Positions 20,851 through 31,497 of a DNA stretch of 64,000 nt are shown in pieces. Origin of the DNA: an uncultured delta proteobacterium. GTDB taxonomy: Bacteria > Desulfobacterota > Syntrophia > Syntrophales > Smithellaceae. The notes under the pieces were generated by a model. The model had not been told where the DNA came from. It worked only from the letters and a program-made list of their open reading frames with translations, and did not search any database. The DNA is taken from contig CAWEQT010000001.1 of the NCBI GenBank assembly GCA_963811325.1, forward strand, positions 2,410,497 through 2,474,496. Reading direction: 5' to 3'. A program made the position numbers and the translations under genes. The number at the start of each line of letters is the position of its first letter. The first letter of the stretch is position 1.

Positions 20851-21909
20851 CTAAACAACCGCCGGAATATATTCTTGCCGATTTTTAAGAACGAATCGTA
20901 TACGGTTTAAAAGCTTCCGGGCAACATGCACAATAGCTTTCGTCTTTTTCATTCTCACAGATAGTTTATTGAAAGCCATTATCAATGCAGGGTCTTTGCG
21001 CACGGCGATCCAGGAAGATTCAATCAGTAACGCCCTGAGGGTGGCATTGCGCCGGAATGTGATGCCGGCAGCATATTCTGTTTCGCCGCTTGACCTTATG
21101 TCCGGAACCAAACCCTCGTAACTGGCAAGCTTATCAAGGGAGGAGAACCGGGAGAGATCGGCAAGCTCGGTCAGCAAAATCATGGCCGTCAAAGTGCTGA
21201 TGCCCGGCACGGATTTCAAAAGAAGGACGTCCGCCATATATTCTTCAGTTCTCGATAAACTTAATATGGCCTTGTTGAGGTTGGCGATAATCTGTCGCAG
21301 GTGCTTCAACTCCTCAAGATGTGCCTTGAGGGCAAAATCACCACTGGCCCTTTCCATACGGATAGATTCGATCCAATTGATAAATCGCCTGGACCAACGG
21401 CCCTCTTCAGGAATCACGATGCCGTAGAAAAATAAGATCGACGTGATCTGGTTCTTGCACCGTGTTTGTTTCCTCACCATGCTCTGACGGGTGCGCACCA
21501 AGGTGCGATCTTCCACTTTCACTCTTGGGGGAACGTAGATACCATTGATTTCACCGTTGCGGAGACCGCGGGCCAGTTTCCGGCAGTCTACCCCGTCCCT
21601 TTTGCCGGCTCTTTCCTTGTCTTTTGTCGGAACATCGGCAGGATGGACGACCAGGCAATCGATTCCTTTTGCTCTTAATTTGTCGTGGAGCCAGAAACCG
21701 CTGAAACCGGCTTCATAAACAGTATGATACGTGGCTCCTGGAAATGTTCTTTCCAAATAATACGTCAGTTTCTCAATCTCCGGGGGCTGGGTGAAGGTCT
21801 TATGCTCAAACTGTTCGGTATGTATACTCACGCTCCAGCTCTTCTTGTGGACATCCATGCCCACGTAAATGTGTTGACCTCCAAAGTCAAGTCTGTTATT
21901 CTTTTCCAT
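20851..21909 (-). CDS. IS110-family DEDD transposase, copy 1
   Basis: YVGMDVHKK, YEAG, KRDGVDC, SVPGIS, RSSGE. Confidence 0.93.
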   Translation of the reverse strand: MEKNNRLDFGGQHIYVGMDVHKKSWSVSIHTEQFEHKTFTQPPEIEKLTYYLERTFPGATYHTVYEAGFSGFWLHDKLRAKGIDCLVVHPADVPTKDKERAGKRDGVDCRKLARGLRNGEINGIYVPPRVKVEDRTLVRTRQSMVRKQTRCKNQITSILFFYGIVIPEEGRWSRRFINWIESIRMERASGDFALKAHLEELKHLRQIIANLNKAILSLSRTEEYMADVLLLKSVPGISTLTAMILLTELADLSRFSSLDKLASYEGLVPDIRSSGETEYAAGITFRRNATLRALLIESSWIAVRKDPALIMAFNKLSVRMKKTKAIVHVARKLLNRIRFVLKNRQEYIPAVV

Positions 21910-22073
21910 GGCGAGCCTCCTTTGCGTATTTATGTTTTAGCGGACTAAATATACCATCACAAAGTTGAGACTTGCCCTTGTATTTTTTAACATAAGGTCT
22001 AGGTTATTAACAGTAATCGTTAAAAAATCCCTCTTCGTTAAAATTATCCTACTAGGATTGCCTCGGGGGGCAA

Positions 22074-22409
22074 ATGAGGGAACATAACTACCTTTTCTCG
22101 AAGGTCGATTGGCATTCTGTAGACCGACACCAGCGCGATCAACTCTGCAATGAGGTCGCTGTCCTCGACGGTGATCGTCCCCTCAACACATCAATCGATG
22201 ATCTTTGCAAATACTTTGAAAATAAGTATTGTGTTAATGTTCCTACCCTTTACAGGGATGACATTGTGGCTGACCAGCGCGAGACACAGATTGACGTAAG
22301 CCGTGATCAAATGCGATACATCAGTGACCGGAGCCAGGCATTTCACGTGCCCGAAACTATGGTGGACGTTACGGTTCCATTTGATTTCGATTCATTGTTA
22401 ATATCTTGA
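22074..22409 (+). pseudogene. Hypothetical protein, probably an N-terminal fragment
   Basis: Coding-like ORF that runs abruptly into AT-rich sequence after VTVPF. Confidence 0.45.
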
Positions 22410-22712
22410 GAAAAATATTGACACATTATCAATATTTGTGCTTTTATTACCCACACTTTTCTTAAAGTATTTCAGTTTCACGTTCATTTTGGTAAATGTT
22501 GTTGAAGGAATTAGGTATGATTCAATCTAAAACTCATCAATCAGCGTCTTTTAAGAATGCAGCAGTATCCATCGCCGCGAATAGTATTATTCCTTTATCC
22601 TCAGTAACTGATAAAATCTCCCTTACAAAACATTTAAACAATATTGAAAGAATTCATGATGCCGATATTTCGTGAATCATGTATTGGTGGTAGATTGTAG
22701 GAAGGGCGAATC

Positions 22713-23699
22713 GTGAAAACACTGGTAACCGGAGCAGGGGGATTTATTGGGTCGATCCTCGTCAGGGAGTTGATCGCGCGGGGAGATCGGGTTAGAGCGC
22801 TGGCGTTATCCGGCGAAGATGTCGATGTTCTGGAGAAGCAGGGAGCAGAGATCGTTCGCGGTGACTTAATCGCCCCTGAAAGCCTTCGAGGAATATGTAA
22901 CGGCATCGACATGGTTTACCACTTGGCGGGGCGCGTCACCGACTGGGGCACGAAAAGTCAGTTTTACAGCGCAATCTATGATGCGACTGAAAACTTAATT
23001 AAAGAAGCTACGGGAAGGGTATCGCGCTTCGTTTACGTAAGCTCAATCGCCGCCATGGGGGTGGGGCGACACCTTAAAGGTGTGAAAGAGACCGATCCCA
23101 CCCATAAGTCAGGCGTTCCCTATAATGATGCAAAAGCCGACGCAGAAGCGCTGGTGCGAACCTACTATAACGAGGGGAAAATCGCCTGTGTCATTATTAT
23201 ACGGCCCGCGAACGTGACCGGCCCCGGAAGCGTATGGGTAAAGGATATTGTCGAACGGATGATTAGCATGCCGGTTCCCCTCTTCGGCGGGGGTCGTTAC
23301 AGTTCCAGCTTTGTATATGTGGACAACCTTGTAGACGGCATTGTTCGCGCCGGCACCATGGACATCGGCAAAGGCAAAGCTTATCACTTCCGGGACGATT
23401 GGAGTGTGACATGGAAAGAGTATATCACTGATCTCGGTTCTTTTATCGGCAAGCACCCGTTCGGCAGTATTCCCTTTGGGGTTGCGTGGGTGCTGGGAAC
23501 AATTTTTGATTTTGTTTTTAATCCAATCCACATCCGTCCGCCATTGACGCGCCTGGCGGTCTCTGTGATGGGAAGGGTTAATGATGTGGACACCACCCTA
23601 GCGCGCACTGAGCTCGGCTGGCGCACAAAGGTCTCCTACCAGGAGGCCAAAGAAAAGATCGGCACTTGGATCAAGGATAATTATACCCGCAAGGCATGA
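22713..23699 (+). CDS. NAD-dependent epimerase/dehydratase (extended SDR)
   Basis: TGAGGFIG, YNDAK. Confidence 0.88.
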   Translation: MKTLVTGAGGFIGSILVRELIARGDRVRALALSGEDVDVLEKQGAEIVRGDLIAPESLRGICNGIDMVYHLAGRVTDWGTKSQFYSAIYDATENLIKEATGRVSRFVYVSSIAAMGVGRHLKGVKETDPTHKSGVPYNDAKADAEALVRTYYNEGKIACVIIIRPANVTGPGSVWVKDIVERMISMPVPLFGGGRYSSSFVYVDNLVDGIVRAGTMDIGKGKAYHFRDDWSVTWKEYITDLGSFIGKHPFGSIPFGVAWVLGTIFDFVFNPIHIRPPLTRLAVSVMGRVNDVDTTLARTELGWRTKVSYQEAKEKIGTWIKDNYTRKA

Positions 23700-23753
23700 C
23701 GGCGTGCGGAGATTATCCGCCGCGCAGGACAAACATATTTAAGGAGATTCTCT

Positions 23754-24113
23754 ATGAGGTTCACATCGCTTTTATTCATTTTGTCTCAAATCCTGAAATG
23801 GGCGTCAAAATTTAAACCGGCCTATCGGAGTTACATCGGCTCCATTCATCAGGTAAAAATCATGATCAAAACTGCTGACGGAAAGCGAGGCAGACTTTTC
23901 ATCTTCGACGAGGGGACGGTCAGCTCCAAGAGCGGTGCCAATCATCCGTATGACGCGGCCATTGTTTGGTCGGACGCAAGTACGGGCTTTAAGGTAATGG
24001 CTTCAAAAAGCGATGAAGAGCAGTTCAAGGCTGCTGCTGCCGGAAAGATGAAGCTCGACGGTATGGCATTTTTTGCGCAATGGTTCAACGACGGCGTGAA
24101 ACTGGTGATGTAG
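23754..24113 (+). CDS. Small hypothetical protein, SCP2-like lipid-binding fold suspected
   Basis: AAGGAG RBS; C-terminal AAAAGKMKLDG resembles SCP2 domains. Confidence 0.6.
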   Translation: MRFTSLLFILSQILKWASKFKPAYRSYIGSIHQVKIMIKTADGKRGRLFIFDEGTVSSKSGANHPYDAAIVWSDASTGFKVMASKSDEEQFKAAAAGKMKLDGMAFFAQWFNDGVKLVM

Positions 24114-24172
24114 AGCTTACAAAGTCTCTGCCCGCGTATATTGATTGTAAATTCATTCTGAGGAGGAATAAT

Positions 24173-25837
24173 ATGGCTTTAATAAATGGCGGTCATCTGG
24201 TTGGCAAATATTTAAAGGAAGTTGAAAAGATTGACACGGTGTTCGGTATTTCCGGCGGGCACATCGAAGCGATGCTGGACGGTTTTACGGAATACAAGAT
24301 TAGAACCATAGATGTGCGGCATGAACAGGCTGCGGCGATGATGGCGCATGCCACGTCTATTTATACGGGGAAACCCGGTGTATGCTTTTTAACTGCCGGT
24401 CCGGGGTTTGCCAATGCCCTCACGGGAATAGCCAACGCTTATCTTGACAATGCACCGATGGTGATCCTGTGCGGCAGGCATCCACTCCGCGATGACCTGA
24501 AGGGAGCGCTACAGGAAATAAAGCAGATGGATATCGTTAAACCGATTACGAAGTGGTCGGCCACATGCTTTGATATCAAACGTATTCCGGAATACCTGTC
24601 AATTGCCTTCCGCCAGGCAGTGGAAGGCAGGCCCGGTCCCGCGTTTCTTGAACTGCCGCCCGATATTCTAAGTATAAAAGTTGAAGAATCACTTGTACCC
24701 ATGCCGATACGCACGACTCGGAAATACACCATGCACCCGGATGATGATGATCTGAAAAGCGCTGCGGAGATAATCAATAACGCAAAGAAGCCCCTGTTTC
24801 TCGGAGGCAGCGGCGTGGGTTTAAGCGCCTGTTCTGACAGGCTCAGACAATTCATAGAGAAGATAGGCATTCCCTTCGTACTCATGAATTATGGTAGGGG
24901 TGAGCTTCCGGACGATCATCCCAGCTCGGTTATGGATATAGGCAGCATAGGCCTGATGTTCGGGATCGGACAGACGGATGTAATCATAGCCGCCGGCATT
25001 CGCTTTAACTGGATCCTTCAGGCTATAGTCATTCCACCGACGGTGAAAGTTGTCAGGATGGATATCGACCCGCACGAAATAGACAGGAACCGCATGGCCG
25101 ATGCCGGCTTGGTGGGCGACATTGGCTCGATTCTTGAACAGCTGACTCCTTTTGTCCAGAAAAAGGACCACAGCGAGTGGATAAAAACGCTGAAAGCAGC
25201 CGGCCATTCAGTGATGGATTATGAAATCAGGATGCGGGAAACGCCGTCAGATCCCATTCATCCGATACGTTTGGTTTCCCAAATACAAAAGTTCGTAGGT
25301 GAAGACGCGATGTATGTAGTAGATGGCGGCGATACCAGTTATTTCGGTCTGGGATTTTCAACGAATCAGAAGGCTGGCGTCATGGCCACGTCTTCGGGTC
25401 TTTTCGGTTGCCTAGGCACGGGGATTCCCTTTGGCATTGCCGCGAAGCTTGCTCGGCCCTATAAAAAGGTCGTGGTATTGAACGGCGACGGAGCGTTCGG
25501 GTTCAACGCGATGGAATTCGACACCATGGTGCGCCATAATATCCCTGTGGTATGCGTGATCAATAATGACTGTGCTTGGGGCATGATAAAGCACAGCCAG
25601 GAACTTTCCATCGGCAATGACCGGCTCCAGTGTTCAGAGCTCGGCACGCGACACTATGAGAAAATGGTTGAGGGTCTGGGCGGCCACGGCGAGTTTGTTA
25701 CGAAAGACGAGGAAATCATCCCGGCGCTCAAGCGGGCCTTTGATTCAGGCAAGCCTGCCTGCATCAATGTGATGACGGACCCGTCGGTAACAAGTCCGGC
25801 GACGCCGCTGTTCTACCAATCTCTAAAAATGGAATGA
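24173..25837 (+). CDS. Thiamine-diphosphate enzyme (2-hydroxyacyl-CoA lyase/acetolactate synthase-like)
   Basis: RHEQAA, TAGPG, GDGAFGFNAME...NN; AGGAGG RBS before ATG 24173. Confidence 0.88.
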   Translation: MALINGGHLVGKYLKEVEKIDTVFGISGGHIEAMLDGFTEYKIRTIDVRHEQAAAMMAHATSIYTGKPGVCFLTAGPGFANALTGIANAYLDNAPMVILCGRHPLRDDLKGALQEIKQMDIVKPITKWSATCFDIKRIPEYLSIAFRQAVEGRPGPAFLELPPDILSIKVEESLVPMPIRTTRKYTMHPDDDDLKSAAEIINNAKKPLFLGGSGVGLSACSDRLRQFIEKIGIPFVLMNYGRGELPDDHPSSVMDIGSIGLMFGIGQTDVIIAAGIRFNWILQAIVIPPTVKVVRMDIDPHEIDRNRMADAGLVGDIGSILEQLTPFVQKKDHSEWIKTLKAAGHSVMDYEIRMRETPSDPIHPIRLVSQIQKFVGEDAMYVVDGGDTSYFGLGFSTNQKAGVMATSSGLFGCLGTGIPFGIAAKLARPYKKVVVLNGDGAFGFNAMEFDTMVRHNIPVVCVINNDCAWGMIKHSQELSIGNDRLQCSELGTRHYEKMVEGLGGHGEFVTKDEEIIPALKRAFDSGKPACINVMTDPSVTSPATPLFYQSLKME

Positions 25838-25903
25838 TTTTCTGATAGCAGCAACCAACCCTGGTGCTGCGCATCAGAGTTATAAATGGAAGAAACAAAG
25901 CCC

Positions 25904-25971
25904 TTCATTGTGAGCAGACCCTTGGTCTGTGTGGCAATTTAAATGTATGAGATTGCTTCGCTCGCAATGAC
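25904..25971. repeat. Intergenic palindromic (REP-like) element
   Basis: TCATTGTGAGC...GCTCGCAATGA outer stem with inner GCAAT/ATTGC pairing. Confidence 0.5.
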
Positions 25972-26026
25972 CCATTCATGTTTCTCAGGAGAGATTAAAA
26001 CCCCTTGCTATCAAAAGGAAGAAATT

Positions 26027-27241
26027 ATGAAAGCATTAATGTTGAATCTCAATCCCCTGCGCTTCGTGGCTCTTCAGTTGCTACGGCCCATCAGCGGAAA
26101 ATTTTGTTATACAGGGCCTTTTTCCACAATATGGCTAACGGACATCCCGGAGCCGAAGCTCCCATCCCCGGAATGGGTGAAGATTAAAACGCGGCTCTGT
26201 GGTTTTTGCGGCAGCGATCTCAACCTTCTCATGATGAAAGATTCCCCCACTGCGATGCCCTTCACTTCGTTCCCCTGCGTGCCGGGGCATGAGTTCTGCG
26301 GCGATATCGTTGAGACGGGTACGGACGTTACGTCTGTAAAAAACGGCGACCTGGTGACTGTGTTTCCGGCCCTCAATTGCGATACTCGCAGTATCCGACC
26401 GGTATGCCGGAGCTGTGCCGCTGGAATTCCGGGCAACTGCGAAAATTTTGCCGAGGGTGCGTTCGCGCCTGGTATGTTTATAGGAATCTGTAAAGACATT
26501 AATGGCGGGTTTGCCGAGTATGTGGTAGCGCATAAAAGCCATATATGCCGCGTACCCCTAGGCGTTTCAGCCGAATCGGCGGCGCTGACGGAGCCGCTGG
26601 CCGTGGGCCTACAGGCGGTGCTGGACAACATGTCGGGTGACAGCGATAAAGTCCTTGTCATTGGCGGAGGCGTAATCGGAGCAATGGTGGTCAAGTCCAT
26701 ACGTGCATTGGGCAGAAGCTGCGACATCACAGTGGTTGAGCCATCGCCATTCGCTGCCGAGTACGCAAAGAAGTCCGGCGCAGACCGGACGATCGGGGGT
26801 GGGATCATCGAAGCCGCTGTCGATATCGCCGGAGGTCGTGCCTACAAGCCGGAGCTGGGAGAAAGGATCGTTATGGGAGGATTCGACCGGGTTTATGACA
26901 CCGTGGGACACAGGAACACGCTGAACAAATCTCTCCGCGTCCTAGCCACGCATGGCACATTGTCCGTCATTGGCATCGGTAAGGAGGTCAAGCTGGACCT
27001 CACGCCTCTGTGGCTCAAACTCCAGACCGTCAAGGGTTGTTATGGATATCGTTATAATACCGTGAAGGACGGACGAAAACAGGCCTTTGAGATGGCACTG
27101 GATATTATTGCGGAAAAGAAGGTCCGCGTGGATGACATGCTCACGCACAAATTCAGGATTGAGGATTACCGTAATATGATTGATGTGAACATGCACAAGA
27201 CGACGAATAAAGCGATAAAAACAGCGGTAACTTTTGAATAA
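26027..27241 (+). CDS. Zn-dependent alcohol dehydrogenase (MDR family)
   Basis: CGSD, GHE, structural Cys cluster, GGGVIG; start moved to ATG 26027. Confidence 0.88.
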   Translation: MKALMLNLNPLRFVALQLLRPISGKFCYTGPFSTIWLTDIPEPKLPSPEWVKIKTRLCGFCGSDLNLLMMKDSPTAMPFTSFPCVPGHEFCGDIVETGTDVTSVKNGDLVTVFPALNCDTRSIRPVCRSCAAGIPGNCENFAEGAFAPGMFIGICKDINGGFAEYVVAHKSHICRVPLGVSAESAALTEPLAVGLQAVLDNMSGDSDKVLVIGGGVIGAMVVKSIRALGRSCDITVVEPSPFAAEYAKKSGADRTIGGGIIEAAVDIAGGRAYKPELGERIVMGGFDRVYDTVGHRNTLNKSLRVLATHGTLSVIGIGKEVKLDLTPLWLKLQTVKGCYGYRYNTVKDGRKQAFEMALDIIAEKKVRVDDMLTHKFRIEDYRNMIDVNMHKTTNKAIKTAVTFE

Positions 27242-27297
27242 TCAGGCAAACATCTTACCAATTTAAAGTATGATAACCAGTTGAACGGGAGGTAGTT

Positions 27298-27912
27298 ATG
27301 CTGCTAGCTGATATTTTATTCGACTCCGATTTTAATACAAGGGTCCAGGAAGTGGCCGGAGAGTTCAGAAAAAAAGCCGGAATTCCTTTCAAGGTGCACC
27401 AGGCTGGCATCACTGTACCCAATGTGGAGGCAGCTGTGGCAGATCTTGAAGCGAAAGGGTTCGGACCTTTTATGATGGCGGCAGCTTCGCTTCCCCGCTG
27501 GACTGAACGAGGCACGAATGGGCAGTTCCGCGGCAAGCTCGGAATGGCTTATCACGACGGAATCGAACTAGAACTTCTGGAACCGGGGGAAGGTTCTGAT
27601 TTTTATCGGTGCGCCCTCGACTCTCAGTGCAGGCCGGTTATCCAGCACATCGGTTTTCTGACGCACAAGGTCGATGAATGGGCGGAGAAAATGTCCAAAA
27701 TGGGTTGCCCCACCTGGGTCAGGGGAAAAATTGCGGTGGGACCGTTGCGCATCGAGTTTGTGTACATGGATTCCGTGCACGAAGCTGGGACTATACTCGA
27801 GTTTATCGGGTACTGGTTTGCAGGCATCCCGGTCAATCCGATCCCTGGGTTAATCGGCGTAGCCGCCTGGCTGCAGAAGAAGACAGGGAAGCGTTGCATA
27901 GATTTCGGATGA
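27298..27912 (+). CDS. VOC-superfamily protein (methylmalonyl-CoA epimerase/glyoxalase-like)
   Basis: HQAGITV...ELELLEP...QHIGF...ILEFI. Confidence 0.78.
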   Translation: MLLADILFDSDFNTRVQEVAGEFRKKAGIPFKVHQAGITVPNVEAAVADLEAKGFGPFMMAAASLPRWTERGTNGQFRGKLGMAYHDGIELELLEPGEGSDFYRCALDSQCRPVIQHIGFLTHKVDEWAEKMSKMGCPTWVRGKIAVGPLRIEFVYMDSVHEAGTILEFIGYWFAGIPVNPIPGLIGVAAWLQKKTGKRCIDFG

Positions 27913-27999
27913 TTTCATCGCGAAGACATTCAACTGATCCTCGTGGTCATTGAAAGCGGTCTAGAATTTATACCAGTCTGTGTCTCCTTATTAGTTTGT

Positions 28000-28061
28000 G
28001 TTTCTTCCCGTACGGTTGTTTTTTGATTTTTGCCTGCTTATGCAACCTTTCAATCCGTAAT
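28000..28061 (+). repeat. Module-junction site
   Basis: CTTCCCGTAC + 34 bp (GGTTG...CAACC) + TTTCAATCCGTAAT. Confidence 0.85.
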
Positions 28062-28224
28062 AAACAAAAAATGGCTGAACTCTAACTTAATATATGGTAC
28101 GAGCATTTTGGGTCGGTAAAAGGTTAATTTATCTACTAGGCATTGTGCATCAACCCTGAGTAAGGTGCTGCTCATTTTATAACAACCATTTTAGCAGGTA
28201 CAGGTAGTAATACGGAGAGAAGTT

Positions 28225-29256
28225 ATGAAAATTTATTTCAACAAAAATAATGGCCCCATTGATGAGATTATCGAGCAATTGATGAAGACAGCTGATGGAA
28301 TCAAAAGGCCAAAATATGTTCGCGAAATGATCATCGCCTCTCTTAAAGCCGGGCAAGAGGATGACAAGAGCGCTGATCTCAAGCTAATGAACACGACGCT
28401 TAAAGAGATGCGATTTACTTCCAAGGTTTTCGGCCCCTACCAGAATATTCGAAAGGTTACGGTCTTCGGCTCGGCGCGTACCCAGCCGGGCGATCAGTTA
28501 TATGAGATGGCAAAGCTCTTCGGGAGAAAGCTCGCGGAAACGGGTTACATGGTCATCACCGGTGGTGGGGAAGGCATTATGCAGGCCGTCAACGAGGGAG
28601 CCGGTTCTGAGCATTCCTTTGGCGTGAACATCCGATTGCCGTTCGAGGAGAAACCTAATTCCATAATCGAGGGCAATCCACGGTTTATAATGTATAAATA
28701 TTTCTTCAACCGCAAAGTTGCCTTCCTTAAAGAATCTGATGCTGTGGCGCTCTTCCCGGGCGGTTTCGGCACGCTCGATGAGGCGATGGAAACGCTCACC
28801 CTCCTGCAGACCGGCAAACGCAATCCCATGCCGCTAGTACTAGTGGATGATCCTGAATGTTCATATTGGTCCCAGATGATCAAGCTCTTCGAGGAAGAGC
28901 TACTGGCTCGCAACTATATCCACCCGTCGGATTTTGCGCTCTTTGAAAGAGTATGTTCCGTGGCTGATGCGGTAGAGAAGATTCATCGTTTCTATCGCCG
29001 CTATCACAGCATTCGGTATCTACATGGCCAAATCGTGATCCGGATCACTTCTCGGCTGACCCCAGATGAAATCGGGAAGCTGATAGATCAATTTCATGAC
29101 ATTCTCTCGCCTGGAGGAAGTATCACGGCGTCAGGAGCTTTGGAAGCTGAAATGGATGATGTTGATCTTATCCATCTACCGCGACTTGTGATAGACTTTA
29201 ACCGCAGATCTTTCGGGAGGCTCAGAAATCTTATTGATTCGATCAATAATTTTTAA
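28225..29256 (+). CDS. LOG-family nucleotide monophosphate nucleosidase-like protein
   Basis: VFGSAR, TGGG, PGGFGTLDE. Confidence 0.88.
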   Translation: MKIYFNKNNGPIDEIIEQLMKTADGIKRPKYVREMIIASLKAGQEDDKSADLKLMNTTLKEMRFTSKVFGPYQNIRKVTVFGSARTQPGDQLYEMAKLFGRKLAETGYMVITGGGEGIMQAVNEGAGSEHSFGVNIRLPFEEKPNSIIEGNPRFIMYKYFFNRKVAFLKESDAVALFPGGFGTLDEAMETLTLLQTGKRNPMPLVLVDDPECSYWSQMIKLFEEELLARNYIHPSDFALFERVCSVADAVEKIHRFYRRYHSIRYLHGQIVIRITSRLTPDEIGKLIDQFHDILSPGGSITASGALEAEMDDVDLIHLPRLVIDFNRRSFGRLRNLIDSINNF

Positions 29257-29448
29257 CCTTGTTTCATTACCTCAAGAACAGATGCAATGTCTCAACATCG
29301 TAGTTTAATTTGTTTCAGCAGAAACGCTATCAGCTTACATAAGACAGAGAAACCAATCCCGAAAAAAACATGATTACAAATGGTAATCATCAATCATTTT
29401 AAATCTGACAATTGTTGATTGGTAGGTGCAAGAAATAAAATCGGATAG

Positions 29449-29497
29449 CTGAAAACTCAGTTGTTGGCAGTTCAATTCTTTTCTTGCCCACCATGAA
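29449..29497 (+). repeat. Degenerate copy of the 3' half of tRNA-Phe (att-like scar)
   Basis: CTGAAAACTCAGTTGTTGGCAGTTCAATTCTTTTCTTGCCCACCATGAA matches 15198-15246 at 39/49 positions by manual alignment. Confidence 0.75.
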
Positions 29498-29647
29498 TTT
29501 CCCCACAAGAGATATTCTGCGGTCTATGCCCCCTAATGGGCGCAGTTGGCGCGACTCGGCTTAAGGTGTTGACCGGAGAAACTCGCCTCAAGCATGTCAA
29601 TACCTCAATATCCGCTATTTTCTCTGTTCGTGCATTTCGTCGTCAAC
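29489..29647 (+). repeat. Element-end repeat, copy 1 (also at ~43917-44076 and ~51137-51297)
   Basis: CACCATGAATTTCCCCACAAGAGATATT...TTTTCTCTGTTCG shared by three loci. Confidence 0.85.
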
Positions 29648-30049
29648 TTATGGGATCAGGATCTGACACTGTCGCGCCCATTCCAGAGGCAGATCAGTCC
29701 TTTTGGTGAGCTTTTCAACATTGAGATCAGCAGGCTGATGCCCCTCTATGATAGTTTCAATAATGTCAGGGGCGAGGAAAGCAAGATTAACCACTCGGGA
29801 AACATAGCTTCTATCCACATCTTCTCTTGATGCAATTTCAGCCATATTTTTCATTTTTCCGGTTGCCAGATCATTGAACCATTTATGAGCGCGAACAATA
29901 GTTTTCAGCAAGGTTTGGTCTACTCTGATAGGTCCAGTACCATTAATTACAAGTCGCATCTCTATTCCCCGCCGTTTCATTCTCATGGGTATGGATTGAA
30001 CATTACAAACAGCTTGCTTCGGGGGAATTTGATCGGCTGTACCATCCAA
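29648..30049 (-). pseudogene. C-terminal remnant of a large serine recombinase
   Basis: SYVSRVVNLAFLAPDIIETIIEGHQP...LPLEWARQ tail resembling that of large resolvase-family recombinases; catalytic N-terminus absent. Confidence 0.7.
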
Positions 30050-30303
30050 ATGGGTGGCCGCCTCCGAGATGGTAAGCCGGATTGCTTTGTGAAAAATAAT
30101 TATCTGAATTGTTCAAGACTATATCTACAAGTCCGCAATTTGGTAAAATAAAATCGAAGATTCCTGGTTGAAAGCGATAAGAAACGACCGTTATATTAAC
30201 TAAAATTAGTTTGAAATAGAATTAATATCTATTACTATCTATACAATTTCTTTTAAACGAAGGAACTTTCAAAAATTCAGACGAGGCAGAAGAAAGGTTC
30301 TTC

Positions 30304-31008
30304 ATGAAAAAAATGAATTTCGAAACCACAATAGAACATATTAATATTTTGTTGTCACGAAAACACCCAGAAACGTTTAATAGTTCTTGGATTTTAAAGC
30401 ATGCACCATCATGTTACTATTTCATTCGGAAATATGTCAGGAACGAAACAGGTAATATTGATTGGGACAGAGTGACCCACGCATTACAAAAAAAGCATCA
30501 ATGGCGCTGGGTTCCAAAACATAAGCCAGCAAAAAGCTTTGCATATCAGAACCAAGACGAGGTTGATGCCATTTTAAATTCTTATCGGAACAAGTTACAT
30601 GTGTTTGTCGTTTCTGTTAGTCGAACAGATAGGCGCCTATGGGACATTATTAGCATACACTTAGTACGCCTTGCCCAACATGGTAATCTTTCTGCAAAGC
30701 AAGAAGTTATGAAACTTGTAGGATATACTATCGACGAATGGATGGAACGTTCATCATATCTCTCTCGTTGGAAGGGATACGGTTATGAGATTCAGGAACA
30801 AGTTGAAGGATGTATCCGTCGCTATCGATATACTGGATCGTTTTTTAATTACGTTTATCGAACGCTCGAATATGCTGCCAGAGGTATCCCGCCATTCTAT
30901 GCATATTCCCTAGACGAACCGCTAGCGATTGATTCTGGCAAACTCAAGATAGAAAACATAATCAAAGATTCTAAAACTGGTGAAATTGGTTTCTTTAAGA
31001 TGCCATAA
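30304..31008 (+). CDS. Hypothetical protein; C-terminal half resembles sigma-70 region 2
   Basis: LAQHGNLSAKQEVM...SFFNYVYRTL...YSLDEPL. Confidence 0.6.
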   Translation: MKKMNFETTIEHINILLSRKHPETFNSSWILKHAPSCYYFIRKYVRNETGNIDWDRVTHALQKKHQWRWVPKHKPAKSFAYQNQDEVDAILNSYRNKLHVFVVSVSRTDRRLWDIISIHLVRLAQHGNLSAKQEVMKLVGYTIDEWMERSSYLSRWKGYGYEIQEQVEGCIRRYRYTGSFFNYVYRTLEYAARGIPPFYAYSLDEPLAIDSGKLKIENIIKDSKTGEIGFFKMP

Positions 31009-31045
31009 ACAGAACTTGACCTTACAATGATTGTCAAGGCAATTG

Positions 31046-31107
31046 ATAACTTCCTGTAAGTGAGTATTTATGATTTTTTACATATATACTTTCTTTCAAT
31101 CCGTAAT
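31046..31107 (+). repeat. Module-junction site
   Basis: CTTCCTGTAA + GTGAGTATTTATG-ATTTTTTA-CATATATACTTTC + TTTCAATCCGTAAT. Confidence 0.88.
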
Positions 31108-31497
31108 AAACACAATTCGAGCTTCTTGAAAGATGGAAGGATATGAGTCGCCATCTCGCCCGTGAACTTTGAACCCTGCACCTTGACCTCCAACCTATCG
31201 CCTCTTGTCCATTACCAATTTTTTCTATTTTCCCTTGCAATGTTTCTTCAAAGTTGTAGGATAGCGCCAGTTAAAAGACAAATGTTTGCGAGGATAAGAA
31301 AAACCTAGGCACTGTTCCTCATTTTCAAAAGAACTTTTAAAATAGAATAGTATCTGCTCCTGCACGATAAACCCAACCCCTTTTTTACGTATGATAGCCT
31401 GTTGATTTTGAAAAGCATGCCATGCGATCAGAATCATAAGGCGCAGGAAATGAGCATGACCAATGATTTACGATTGGAGATATGAAGGAAGAATACG

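Larger units (their letters stand above)
20585..22001 (-). mobile_element. IS110-family element B (IS1111-like), copy 1, inserted in a module-junction site
   Basis: TCTA at both ends; subterminal IR TATGT(T)AAAAAA; long downstream non-coding region; flanked by left box CTTCCTGTAG (20544) and right-box variant TTATTAACAGTAAT (22004). Confidence 0.85.
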
